DNA from: Camelus dromedarius
Taxonomy: Eukaryota
Length of the DNA stretch: 64,000 nt
Direction of reading: 5' to 3'
Assembly (NCBI RefSeq): GCF_036321535.1
Contig: NC_087437.1
Span: 57,538,001 to 57,602,000, forward strand
In this document: positions 49,138 through 62,300 of the stretch, in pieces
How positions within the stretch are numbered: the stretch's first letter is position 1
How the letters are laid out: each line of letters opens with the position of its first letter
The notes under the pieces: generated by a model
The model's database searches: none
What the model saw: the letters and a program-made list of their open reading frames with translations, nothing else
What the model was told of the DNA's origin: nothing
Program-made: the position numbers and the translations under genes

Positions 49138-50039
49138 TAGTTGAACAATTGACTTCTTTGGAGGTAATTTGGATCAGAAGTCTCTCAATATTTCATTTAG
49201 ATTTCCTCCATCAACAGATGAAAAGGAGAGATAAAAGTAGGGGAGAAGGATTTCATTTAAGTCAATCAGTTTTCTCCAGTTAATCTAATTCTGTGCCCTT
49301 GTGATGTTTTCTGAAGGAAAAATAAAGGTAGTGTGTGCTAGAGGAAAAACCTTTTCTCTTGGGAAGTAAAAGAAAATTATATGAAACATTACTTGTTACA
49401 ATTTTTGAAGAGAAGAGAAAATGATGCGGAAGTGTCTGGGGATTTCTAGTCCTCTCGCCACTGCTAAATTCTAACCTAATTTAAAAGAGCTTTCTAAAAT
49501 AAAATTTACATCTTTCCATCGCTGCATGACCACATCCTCAATGCCAATTTGATTTAGGGATTATTCTACTATTTTGATTTGCTACTAGCTTGAGATTCCC
49601 TGTACCCAAAAGAAGTGCCAGATTCAGTTGAATAAAACACCTCGGTTAACTGGAGTTCTTGGAGCATCATATGCTAGATTGATATTTATGATTAATTAAA
49701 GATTTGGAGATTTTCTGGTACCTTTCAAACTCTCCTCCTCCTTCTGTGGAAGTTTTTTTAGGATATACTTAATATTCCCCTGCCTTTTCTCTCCATTCAG
49801 GATTGCATTTTCTACCTCCCACCCTATGTTACTGCTGTCACTTTCCTTTTTCCCCTTTCTGTGTAACTTCCTATCTCCTTAGACAAAGAGATAAACAATT
49901 TAGGTTGGAAGAGCTATAGACATCAGATCATATGAAACAGAATAATCTGTTCACTTACATTAAAAGTACAAAAGATTTCATACAAAGACATAGTAATTTA
50001 TCTTTTGAATGTTTAGAGTGTTTTTTATTGTTGTTGGAT

Positions 50040-50100
50040 TTTTCTTTTCCTTTTTCTTTCCTTCCCCCTCTCTTTCTCCTTTTTTTTTTTTTTTTTTTTT
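50040..50100. repeat. Polypyrimidine tract ending in a T run (50080-50100)
   Basis: Directly visible. Confidence 0.9.
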
Positions 50101-52989
50101 GGTTTCTTCCTAGTTTTTCCAACATATTTCAGTTTGGAGAGAGTATTAACTGGATAGGTAAATGTTTGCAAATATTAAATAAAAGAATAAGATAAGTAAC
50201 AGTAATATTCCCAATGAATAAGGTCAAAGGAACCTTAACCAGATTGGGTGGGTAACCACTGCTAGATTAAGTACAACCTCTCTCTTTAAATACACACTAT
50301 TTACCATGAAGAGGGTTCCTTTGGATATACAGAATAAGGAAGTCAGGAAGAGGCTTTGGTTTCTTGGGACACAGACTCTCAAAATGTTGGCCATAGGACT
50401 CTGTCTTCAAATAATACCAGTAGAATACAGCAGACCCCAACAAAGACTAGGGGTCTTTGCGGATATATGATGGGGCTTTGTAGCTCAGAGTTATCCAGAG
50501 AAGGGTGGCATAAACCCTGCCATGCTTCCTTGCTGTCTTGCCAGCTCTCAGTCACTCTCTCTGGCTTACAAAAGGCAGACCTATCCAAGAGAACCCTGCC
50601 TGGAGCCTTCTGGCAGTGCACGGCACTGCTTGGCTTAGATCAGTGGCAGAGCTGGAATTAGAAATCAGATTTCCTCTCTCCTGGTTCACTTATCTATCCA
50701 CTACAAAACAGGGCGAAAATTTTGTCAGCATTTATGCTGCTAGATTATCGTGACCTTTGAAAAAACCTTTGGTACCAGTTGTATACTAGACATCTCCAAG
50801 CCTTACCCAGCTGTAATCACTGCCTTATGACTACACAGACTTCAGATGTCAGCTCTCTTGTAGAACAGATATAAGACTTAAAAAAAAAAAAAAAAAGAAA
50901 AAGAAAATGTGTTAAACTTGAGAAGAATCCAAAGACAGAATACCCAAATGTGGATGGATCAGATTAAGGTCTATATTTCTCCCTGATTTTCTGTCCAAGT
51001 AGAGGAACTAAACAGAATCACAGAGGGATGCTACTGACCAGATGCCACTAATAAGGTATTCTAACAGGAAACCACAGCAAAATACAACAGCCCAGAATGG
51101 AACGGCTGTTTTGATGGAATATTTTTAAAGGTAAATCTAGATTTGTCTTTAAATGATAGTCAGTCTTATAACAAATCAAATCATTTCATCCCTGAAATAT
51201 CTGTCAAAATCAAGAGTTTATACAAAGACTATTTTTATCCCGAACATTCCCATATTTGACAGCCATTCCAATACCAGTCTGGTTGATAGAACCACTGCAA
51301 TACAAATATTTCATTCTACTTTTAAACCAAATCTTCAAAAATTGTCATGATTTACTAAGGAAATAAAATTTCAAAATAGATGCGTATTTATCTTTTTCAC
51401 TTTCATAGGTTATTTGGTCCTTTATACAGAACATCATTATGCCTTCATAATGAACGTAATAATTGCTCTTTGCAAATCGAGCTCATAGAAGTAATCTATA
51501 ATTGTATATGAAACTCGTACAGTCCCTTAGGAAATTTTACGCAGATTTGACACTTCCAAATTGGAAATCAAAAGAGAAGATCTTTAAAGTCCCAACCTTA
51601 CATTCCAGAAGAGAACATGATGGAGTACTGGAGTGGAACAGTCTAATCCTCTTATCTCATTTGCACTGATATCATTACTCCTGAACACCTCTAGCCCGAA
51701 CCCAGAGAACGCAGGCTTACATACAGGTTTACAAATAAAATCCAGGTAGTCAGCAGAAACCCCCAAAATGAGATAGTCTCACTTCTTCCAGACTGCTTTG
51801 TGCAAGTTTAATTATCTCGGCTTCTTTTGGCACAACAGAGATGATGCTCATCTTTTACTATCCCTTCTACCAGCAAACGTTACCAAGCACAAGTAAAGCA
51901 CTAAACTCAACGTAGAGGTGTGCCTGCTTCCAAAAGTAAATATATACAAAAGCAAGAGACCTATCTGGTTAGAATTCTAATGCAACCTGCATCACAGTTC
52001 ACAAGTGAGAATGTTTCGCAAATGAGAATGTTTCACTCAGTTTTCTGAAAATATGCTAAAAGCAAACATTTTAAGTGAAAAACAAAACAAAAGAAAGCAA
52101 AAACACCCAGTATTTTGAATTGCTCGACTGGCTGAAATGCAACACTTAATCTGAAGAGGGAAGAGAAAAGTGTACTCTTTGGTAATTGAAACTCAAAGAC
52201 CACATCCCATGCCGTTCAGTGCAGATTTCTTGACTGGCATCACAAGCAGGACAGCAATATAATTATTTTTAACTGCCAATTTGCGCATCTAAAGAAAAGA
52301 ATGTATAAGGCTCCCCAGAGGTAATGTTCTACAGCAGGAGCTTAATACATCAATGCAGGCTTTAGCAAACGGGGGCTTTTGTCAATATTTCTCTGGCACA
52401 TCACCCGCAGTATAACACCACCACTTAGAATTTATATAGGCCTTTCATTTGCAAAGTGCTTCACAATAATTAATCCTTAGAATACTCATTTGTGGGGGGA
52501 AGGACAAATAGTTTACAAAACAGAGGATTTCAAGCAAGAAATGGTTTGGATTAAGTCCATAAAGGAGCCACTTTGAGACCAAAATAGAATCTCTAGCATC
52601 CCCCCAAATCAGCAGTCCTGTTTTGATATAATTTATACATCTAAGTATTTTTTTAGGCTCTGATAGCAGAGTGACACTGTTTCTTTATGCTCATTATATT
52701 TCTCAAAAGCTCACTTCTATACTTCAAAAAGTGTTGGATTTTTAAGAGCCACAGATTTTCCCATACATTCTCAAAATGGTAGCATCCCTACTACCTAGAT
52801 ATATACTCTTTAACACTGAGAGGCTACTTACATGCGTTGTTACAACCTGGCCCATCAGGGCCTAGCAGTGGGTGAAAGTTCACCGCGGTGTGTACATCCA
52901 AGACTGAACAGTGCATGGCACACCACAGCTTAGTAGTCATTCCAGAAATCCTTACTGAATAAAGAACCAATATTCTTCCAACTTTATTC

Positions 52990-53280
52990 GCTCATTTATT
53001 CATTCATTCATTCATTCATTTCTCAGTTACTTACCACTGCTATTTGCAAGGTATGAGATGATTCAACAGAAACAAAAAACAAAAACCCCTGTCACTTGAC
53101 CTCATGGAGTTTATAATTAACCAGGCAGAGAAATGAAAAATGAAGATGATTAAGGACCACAACAGAGGGATGGGAGCACGAAAGAAGGAACAAATGTTTC
53201 TACTTGGTGGGGATTCAAAACAACGCTTCACAAGTGAGGTAGTTTTTGCTTGGGTTTCAGACAGACATTAGGAACTGGAG
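52990..53280 (-). mobile_element. L2 3' relic with (CATT)n tail
   Basis: (cattcatt)n followed by 'cttgacctcatggagtttataattaa'. Confidence 0.7.
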
Positions 53281-54639
53281 AAGATTACTGCAGACCGGGG
53301 AAAGGCCCCGATCAATACGGGGACATTTGTAGCTACAGTGGTATCACTTTTGACTACACCCTGTAAATTCAAACTCGATTCATGTCTCTGAGAAATCTGG
53401 GTGAGAATGGCTTGTGATTATCATACAAATTGGTTGTATGTAAATGTATGCTTCTATAGTGCTTGAGGGTAGAGTTTATTCTTTCATGTATTTTAAATAT
53501 TCCTAAGACTGTTTCCTCCCTGTATACAACATGAGGGAATTCACTCCTCTTTTGAATATAAGTCTGAAAGCATAGGTGTCTGGCACCGTTATTACTTATA
53601 CAGAAACATATAATAAGTGTATGAGAATTCCTCAAATATGCTTAATTTTGCTTTAGGTATTTTGCAGGATATGGTGTAGTCTCATAGTAAGGTCTTAACA
53701 GTGCTGACACACTGTGTATACTCAATAAATCCTTATTAAATTAAACATTCCTTGATGAGGTTACAATCTGAGGAGAGCAGGAGTGACTCTAGACAATGAG
53801 AATGACTACAGTGTCCCATAAAGTTTTAAACAGAACCCTTTGCTCAATGCTCAAGGCACAAAGCACTGAATCAGCATTTGAACTCAACTCTTCCACCTCC
53901 AAGACTAAGGTGCTTTCCAGCGTGCCCCAGTTACTCTACTGGTCCTATTGGTTATTTCCTCATTGGGAGGACTTCATTTCAATGCCAGAATCACAAAGCT
54001 GCCTTTGGTGTTAATACTCTTCATTTTTTTTTTCCCATGCACTCATTATACCCTATGCCACTGAGGCCCATTTTCTCTAAAGTTTGTGTTCATCTTTCAC
54101 AAAAGCAGTGGAAACTCCAGCAAAATCTAAGGGAGCACAGGCAGTCCTTTCTGCCACATCAGGACCGACTCAAGAAGACATCGGTATCACCGCTATTAGC
54201 ACCTGCAGACTGAGTGTCCTGGCCGGAAAATCTCATGTGCTCTATCACATGGCGGCTCTCCTCCCAGCTCTTGTCACCAGTGGTCCTTGTGGAACGATAA
54301 TAATGCACTTTAAATGTTGATAAATGCACTTTAAACCCAGCTTGGATATTTGCTGAAACATCTCTCTCATTGAAGCTAATTATTAAAGGCTATCAAAGTT
54401 TCACAACAGAGTTGTTTTGAAGGGACCTTACAGTTTATCTTCATATTCAGCTGTTCAGCATAAAAACACAGAAGCCCAAATAGGCTTGCCCGAACCCACA
54501 GTCCTGGAAAATTAACCTACCACCTTCCAACTGTGTCTGGGCCAGAGCCTGAAGGTGGGGTAGGGCAGTCAATGTTGGTCACCCCAGGGCTTCCCTAGGG
54601 GCACTCATGAGAAGTGAGAGCTGCAGAGAATTGTACTTC

Positions 54640-54773
54640 AGCATAATCGGTTTTCTTTTTAATACTAAGTGTTTTCTAGTTTATGCATTAAAAGTGATTA
54701 TTCTGAAAAGGGAACTCACAGGCTTCACAAGACTGCCAAGATGACTGATAGCATAAAAAAGATTAAGAATCCT
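54640..54773 (+). mobile_element. hAT-Charlie (Charlie4-like) terminal fragment
   Basis: 'attattctgaaaagggaactcacaggcttcacaagactgccaag...gcataaaaaagattaagaatcc' matches my recollection of the Charlie4 end. Confidence 0.6.
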
Positions 54774-55130
54774 TAAAAGTGGTCCAGAACTCAGTTAACG
54801 GGAGACCATACCAAACTAAACGCATTAGACCAAAAAGAAAAGTCACTATCCACAAGGAAAATAAGGTGAGATGTGGAAAATCCAAAGAAACAGGGACCTA
54901 AAATTTTACTGTGAGGGAGGGAGGAGAACCTAGGGCAACAGAAAGGAGTTTGTGATAACAGGAAGGGGGCGGATTGAGACTAGGCAGAGTTAAAGTAATC
55001 CCTGGGCGTGGGGTGGAATCTTCTGGATTAATCTCAGAGATGGGAGTGGTCTCCTTAACATGCAGGGAGGATCTTAAAGGAACAGGATCCCTCTAAAAAT
55101 TCACTGGGTAAAGACAGACAAGAACTAAGA

Positions 55131-55465
55131 ATCATTCATGCACTCGTTAAATACAAGTCCTTTGAGTACCTATTATATATCGGGTACCGTGTGCTCCGTG
55201 ATGGATATCCAATGATATAAAACACATCAAGTGACTCTGACCTTGTAAAACTTGCATTCTAACTGGAGAGAAAGGTAGTAAGTAAATAAGCACACAAAAA
55301 ATTACAAATTTAAAACTCTGATAAGGATTGCAAAGGAAGAGTACTGAGGCAAAGAGGGCATCATGATGCCTGGTAGTGAGTGAAACTGGAAAAGCTATGA
55401 CTGAAAGATGAGTAAGAACTGGCCAGGCAGAGTGGAGGAGGAGTATTCCAGGTAAGGAGACAAGG
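55131..55465 (-). mobile_element. L2a-like 3' relic
   Basis: 'ttgagtacctattatat...ctctgaccttgtaaaacttgcattctaactggagag...ctgaaagatgagtaagaactggccaggc...gagtattccaggt'. Confidence 0.75.
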
Positions 55466-55616
55466 AGGTTAATTCTGCTCACTGTTTTAAATTATTATAC
55501 CTTACAACCTAATGGAAAATTTGGGTAGATTCTCCATCTTCAGAAGAGGAAAAGAGAGTAAGGAATTACAAGACAGCTGAGGAAGTGAGCAGGGAAAGCA
55601 ACAAAGATAAAGAGGT

Positions 55617-55772
55617 GGGGGGAGGGTACATCTCAGTGGTAGAGCGCATGCTTAGCATGCATGAGGTCATGGGTTCAATCCCCTGTACCTCCATTATAAA
55701 TAAATCAATACCTAATTAACCCCCCAAATCTTAAAAATAAAAAAAAAAATTAAAAATTAAAAATGTAATAAA
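55617..55772 (+). mobile_element. tRNA-Ala-derived SINE (camelid Vic-1-like), full length
   Basis: GGGGGGAGGGTACATCTCAGTGGTAGAGCGCATGCTTAGCATGCATGAGGTCATGGGTTCAATCCCCTGTACCTCCA followed by a tail; perfect 13-bp TSD aaagataaagagg at 55603-55615 and 55773-55785. Confidence 0.92.
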
Positions 55773-56599
55773 AAAGATAAAGAGGCAAAAGTTTACTTCT
55801 GATCTCTTAGTGGAGGCTAATCAAACTCTTCTGTTATATGGTCTTTAAAGCAGAACTATCTCTTCTCTTCAATGCTCTTTGTAATAAAGACAATGTGGGA
55901 AGGTGGTGCAGCGAGTAAGAGGAGCCCTATTTCATTTCAGTATTTACTGAGAATCCAAAATGGACAACCCTGGAAGTGCTACAGGAAATACAAAGGTCGG
56001 GAAAGCACACACTTGCTTTGCAGAGCAACGGCATGAGAGAGAGAAACAACCTAACAGAATGCTCACGAGGTACGAAGCACAGCTCGGCCACCAGCCTTCT
56101 GGGTGGCAGCCTTGGGCAGATGGCATCTCCCCTGCAGGCTTTCTTTTCCACATCTGTCAAAGAGCAGGCGGGCCAACGGACTCTCTGACATCCCTTCCAG
56201 TGTAAATAGACTGAGCTCCGTTGCCCAGACTCTGCAATGAGAGAATGCTCAAATCCCTCCATGCGTGGGTATGATTGGAGGCAGTTAATATATTTCTGGG
56301 GTCAGAGATATAAATATGATTTTAGTCCTCATAAGCCTGTCTTTTGAGATTCCTGAATTGAGCTGTTAGAAGATTGAGGACAATGATGCATCATAGTGTG
56401 CACTTGCTAATTTACTGAACACCTTGGGACGGATGTTGGGGAGTTAGGGAGGGGTGCCTGCTAGGTCCAGGCACAGTCCTAGGTGCTAAGAATTCAAAAG
56501 TGCATAAAATGTGGTCCTTGAACCTTTGGACATATAACAGCTAAGTAATGAAAATGGCCAAGCAGAAAACAGTGACCATAAAGATAGTTTGGTATCAAA

Positions 56600-56790
56600 G
56601 TCCCCAAATAGGAATATAAATGAAGCATTTTGAGGACACAAAGAAGTGGTGGTGATAGAGGTGCATGTGGAAAGTTCTGCCACATGTCTTGCATTTGAGC
56701 CTGATGGTGAGGAGTGAAGAAGAGTTAACTAAGCAGAGCGTAGAACCTTCCAGGCAGACAGCTCACAGTACGTAAAGGCAAGCAGGGGAA
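56600..56790 (-). mobile_element. L2 relic
   Basis: 'catttgagcctga...gaagagttaactaagcagag...ttccaggcagacagctcacagtacgtaaaggca'. Confidence 0.55.
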
Positions 56791-57589
56791 GAATACACAA
56801 AATGCTGCTCCTTCCCCAGCATCTATTTCAGTCACCTTCCAGATAAACAGGATTTTAAACAGGGGAAGCCATCCAAATTGAACAATTCTCATCCTTTCAT
56901 CAAACTCCTAAAGGGAACGTTTTAAACTCCCTTTTGTAATTGCCAGGAAAATGATGCATACCCTTCTTTAGAAGAAATGGCTCTTACTTTTTTTAATCAC
57001 ACACAATATCACTCTCCCACTAAAGCTGGAAACCAAGTTCTTCTGCGTTTCAGATGTTAATTGGAATTTATTTATTCTTTTGTAAACTGCATGAATATGG
57101 TCTGTCAGCAACTAAACAAATTTAAGCAAAGCAAAGCAAAGAAAGGACAAAAATGAACCTCATAAAAAGCAATGAAATGCATCAAAATCGGGGATTCTGT
57201 CAGCCTCGTTGACAAAAACACTGACTTGAAGGATGTCCTTGCCAGGTTAGGACACGTTCCTTTTCGAGCTACTGTCAACCTGGGCTCGGCTCCACCAGAA
57301 ATGCCTGCCTGGCTGGCAGCTGCTGAGAGATGGCAACTCCTCCTAGCAACAGATGAAACCAATCGAAAGCCAGCAGCAATGATCCTTGCTGTTCAGTGCA
57401 GTGACATCTCATTTATCTGGCAACTCCAGTGAAGATTGTACAATGCATAAGATAATTACTAAGAGACTAAAATGTACATTCCCAAGCACAAGAATCTATT
57501 AGATTGTAGCCAATCTGATTGGAAATTTGCCTAAAGTGAGACGCATCTATTGGCTTTAAATTATGAACAGACATCAGAGTCCAGTGAAC

Positions 57590-57825
57590 TCCGCTTACAT
57601 TTTGGAATAAACAGACCTGAAGCGAAATGTCATTCTAATCACTTACTATCCACGTGTTCTTAGGTTTGATAGATGCTCTGGGTCTTAATGCTTTGTCTCT
57701 TAAAAAGGGATAAACAACCTGACTTAATATATCTCACGGGTTGTGTGAATAACAGTGGATGTCAAAGCCTTTTGAAGTCACTAAGCACCACACATAAATA
57801 AATACTGTGACATTTTCTTATTATT
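57590..57825 (+). mobile_element. MIR relic
   Basis: 'tggaataaacagacctg...cacttactatccacgtgttcttagg...atctcacgggttgtgtgaat...ttattatta'. Confidence 0.6.
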
Positions 57826-58172
57826 AGAGACTCAGTATTTAATATAGTTAACAGCTTCATCTTCCATATGGGTCATCTTGGGTAAATCATCTTTATTTCC
57901 TCATCAATCCAAGGAATATAACGCTAGGACATAATTTAGGGAGTCGACGTGAAGATTGAATGAATGCATTTACAGTGCTCAAACACGTAGTAAACATTCA
58001 GAAATGTAACTAACATAATTATTATCACCATTTTCATTCCAACATTTAATACTTGAGGGGTTGTTAAGTTGGATAGAGCTATCATTCCTACTCAATGGCC
58101 CGAAGCAACGGGCTGTCGAACCAAAACACACATAACCAAGGGGTCTTGCACAGTATAAACCCTCCATAGCTA

Positions 58173-58375
58173 TTTTTTTTTTAACTTAAGTATGGTCAGT
58201 TATAACGTGTCAATTTCTGGTATACAGCATAATGTCCCAGTCATGCATATACATATATAATCATTTTCATATTCTTTTTCATTAAAGATTATTATGAGAT
58301 ATTGAATATAGTTTCCTGTGTATACAGAAGAAATCTGTTTTTTATCTATTTTTATATATAGCAGTTAACCTTTTT
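58173..58375 (-). mobile_element. LINE-1 3' end, 5'-truncated (about 200 bp)
   Basis: Reverse complement of the 32728/35425 subfamily ('gtgtcaatttctggtatacagcataatgtcccagtcatgc') preceded by a T run; TSD weak (catagct vs cacagct). Confidence 0.88.
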
Positions 58376-59009
58376 GACACAGCTGGGCATGCAAGCGGTT
58401 ATCCGCAAGCTTTCTGCATTTCCTGTTGGGCATTAAGCACTAACTTCACCTTCACTTGTCCCCTCCCCATGTCACCTCTCTACTAGTCCCTGAAATTACT
58501 ACTCTCTCTCTCCACTCATATCAATATGGGCTAGTCTTTGCACGTTTGAGTAAACAGCCCTGGCAAGCACACAGTTCCTCACGGGTCTTACTAAACAGAA
58601 TAGCTTTTTAAAATCTTACTACTAATTTGCTCTCCTGCATAGAAGGGAGGGGACAAGAGATTTTAATTAAGGGACCTAGAGTAGTCAATTTCTCATTTCA
58701 CACTCAACTCCATTTGTACATAGTAACTTTTAGTATTAAGAAGATGTGATATATATTATCACAGAGGCCATACTTTATGTGATATGACAACAGAATCTTT
58801 AACATAGTTTAGAACAGGTCACAATGGCCAGTATTTTCCTGAGGGCAGATCACTAGGACTTACCAATTTGAACTCCATTTCCAAGCCAAGATTTTAAAAT
58901 ATCCTCTCCATGCCATAACCCCAGGATCCCACTTCGAACACCTGAGATATTGTTTATTCTATACCCAGAACTTGGGCAGGTTCTAAACGGATTTCTTGAT
59001 TTTTGTACT

Positions 59010-59130
59010 GCCTACCTGCTCTGCTAGGCTATAAGCTTCTTTTGAGAGCGTAATTTTGATATCCTTCTTTGTATTATAGGCATGCAGAGCTTCTAGCTCA
59101 CTTTGCATATAGCACATATTTAATGAATGT
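59010..59130 (+). mobile_element. L2 3' relic
   Basis: 'ctaggctataagcttcttttgagagc...ctttgtatt...gcatatagcacatatttaatgaatgtctattaaat'. Confidence 0.5.
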
Positions 59131-59151
59131 CTATTAAATAAAGATTATACC

Positions 59152-59300
59152 AAAAGAAAGAAAGAAAGAGTTGGAAGGACAAAGGAAAAACAAGAGAGGT
59201 AAACAGAAAAAAGGAAGGAAGGATGGAAGCAGAGGAGGAAGGACAGAAGGATGGAAATGGAAGAAAAATAAGAAGAAAAGAAAGAGAATAAGAAGAATAT
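59152..59300. repeat. GA-rich purine low-complexity tract
   Basis: Degenerate (GAAA/GGAA)n, directly visible. Confidence 0.85.
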
Positions 59301-62300
59301 AAACACATAGGCAGCTGTCTCAAAGACGGTCAACTACTTTAAATAAAACCCTTGGCTAATTCTGCACACAGAGTCTAACACTGTGTCCTACTGCCACTCG
59401 TATATACCATCTCTGGATGTTTAGGATGGTAGGCACCACTACAAGGTACCAAAGAAAAATGGATGTTTAACAGACAATTCTCATATGAACTTAAAAGGCT
59501 AAACTGAAAAGAAATTTTAAACAGAGATATGATTCTTCTGTTTGTTTTTTCCTTTCTTTCCCAGAAATACAGGTTGAGCTGCCCTTTCTCTGCCTGCCTC
59601 TCACTCCACCTCCCAGTCAAACTCTCTATTCCCTGTTCAGACATCTCCAAAATACAGCCTTCACCCTCCCAGACACACATCACAACCAATATTCTGGTCT
59701 CAAGTGGAAAATAAACAAATAAGTAAAAATTCTTAAATAGGAATCCTTAACTACTGTAAGCAATAGAATATTCATTTTTCAAATAAGGAAAGGAAAGGAG
59801 GCTTAGGTATGAAATAGGAAAATCTTAGATCAGACACTGGTATTAATGCCCCTTATCACCTTTGGGTAATTTTCCATATTTCTACTATAGTAATAATTAT
59901 ACTAGTCTGATCAATCTCTCCGGGGTTTTCATGTGGATCCAATCACACTACGAACATGAACATTGCTTGAATGTAAATAAAAACAATGCACACAAAAATA
60001 CACAGTCAGAAACATTTTCTGGATGAATGTTTTCATTTATATGATGCCTATCACATGGTAGAAGAAAAATTGGTTGAAAACTCCTGAACAAATTGAACTG
60101 TTATAGAAGCCTTATTAACCTACTGATTTCCACAACCTCCAGCAGGTTTATATAGAAATATGCCTCAACCCTCAGCTGAGAAGAGTTGGAAATTCTGATT
60201 CTCCAATGATGGAGAAAAGGCATATTTTTCTGAGAGGCGTCATGCCGACTACCAAAAATCTGGCCAAGGAAATATCCTCCATGTAAGCAGAAAATGAGAC
60301 ATGTTAGAAAAGGGCCTTTGATGGATAAATGGAGGAATAATTAGACATCGACTGCGCTATCAGAAGGCTTTGGTGATAAGTGGTGCAGGTGAGAATACAA
60401 AGTAGGGACTGGTTTGGAATGGAATGGGATGGGAAGCAAAGCAACCTCTGCTGAAAGAAGGTTGGGGCCGGCACGGGGGAAGAGAATTAGCAAAGTGCAC
60501 CTCTAATAAGGGCCTAAAGGAACAACGTCATTACAGCAAGACCTTCCATAGCAGGAGATTTCCTTGGGACTTACAGAAACGACTACCAAATGGAAGTAAA
60601 AGCACTTATAATGAGAACTCTGCCAGCAACACCATCTTGGGTCCACGACATTACAGCTGTACTTAGCATGGATTCAGCTTATTACAGGTCTAATTCAAGC
60701 CACTCACTGAAACATAATAAAGACCAAAGTATGAAGTCAATGAAAAAAATACATTTCTGTAGGCTTTTTGTGTATCAGAAAATCAGGTAAGCCAGGGTTG
60801 AAGACCACCAGAATAATAATAAAACTGTTATCTTCAGGGGAAAAAATCACTGGTTTAAACTAAAGCAGTATCAAAGAATTTCTTAAACATATATTTCTAA
60901 GAGGCAAGTGAATGAATTTTAATTCCCCCAGCCCTGTACTGCTGACCAATCCATACTACCATGAATGGTTTCATGCTGGCCCCGGAGTGTCAGCTAGTAT
61001 TCAGCGAGGGCTAAACCAGGGCAGAAATTAATAAAATAATAAAATAATAAAATACTTGCACAGATAGTAATATCACATTTTAGGAGAGATGTACAAATAA
61101 AAAGCGAGCTCTGGATGATAAAGGGATGAGAAAAGTCCAGGTCCAAATTTCTATTTTCTAATCTGAAAAGAAAAGGAGGAACTGAACCAAATGTTTACAG
61201 GTTTCTTTCAATTTAGAAAATTTAATGATTCTATTTTTTGTTAACTTATTAAATACTATTTATTAACTTTCTTGGGAAAGAACTGGACCTGGTTAATATT
61301 CTCCAGAAAAAGCATGATCACTTCCTACAGTATTTGTGTTCAACAAATAGTTGAAAACCATGTGAGAAAGAAGTCATAATTTTTGTAAACACTTTTAAAG
61401 TCCTTACTGGGTGTCAGTCATCATCCTGACTAATGGAAAATAAATAAATAGATGATAGAGAGACAGAGAGAGAGCTATGGACGACTGAGATGGAGATAAA
61501 ATGGACACAGAGGTAGAAAAATTCATTTGATCTTCACAACAGTCAACAGCTTCCGAACACTAACCATGTGCCAAGCACTGCTAAGCAATTAACACACATC
61601 CTCTGTGACTCCAGATTGCAGAACTAGGACCAAAAATGGCACAATAAAGAGAATATAATCCTAACAGTCATCTCCAGTGTATGATTCAGGCAATAAAGCC
61701 CTCACTCTTAGAAATGTTTCAGCATAATTGGGTTTTAATTTTTGTGCATATTAGAAAAGGACCCACCTATTCAGTCTAATTGACCTCCGTGATCACTCTT
61801 ATTAACTGAGAGTCCATAAAAATAAAGCCAGAGTGGGCACAGTGCTAGATAGCAGAGACAGAACTGGTAGATTTGGAAGATCTCTCAGTACTACAAAGGA
61901 AATTAAAATACAACAACAACAAACAGCTGATTGTCAGGGGAAGCATTTGAGACGGGCTCTAAGAGCTTTTGAGAAGCTGATTTGCAGAGTTAGGTACACT
62001 TGGATGCCAGTGAACTAGCCAAATAAGTAACAGTGCTCAAAGAGTTACATTCACTGCCCCGCGAGATGAATCATGCCTCTTTGGGGAGAGTTTTTTTGGA
62101 AACTTCATTTTCCATTTTGGACTCCTGGATCAGTCTCTCCAAAGAGTTTGGAATGTGGCCAATTACTTTCCTCTGCATTTTTCACTTAACACCACTTCAG
62201 GGCTATACAACTCCATTCTGCATCCTCACACAATGCATCTTAGTGAGGAGGACTCTGCCTTTGTCTCTTCATTTTGTAAATAATAAAACACCAAAAACAT

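Noticed and set aside
55617..55693. tRNA-Ala(AGC) gene
   Set aside because: Extra 5' G-rich leader, disrupted D and acceptor stem pairing, SINE tail and 13-bp TSD show it is a SINE; the same applies to 6836 and 9573.
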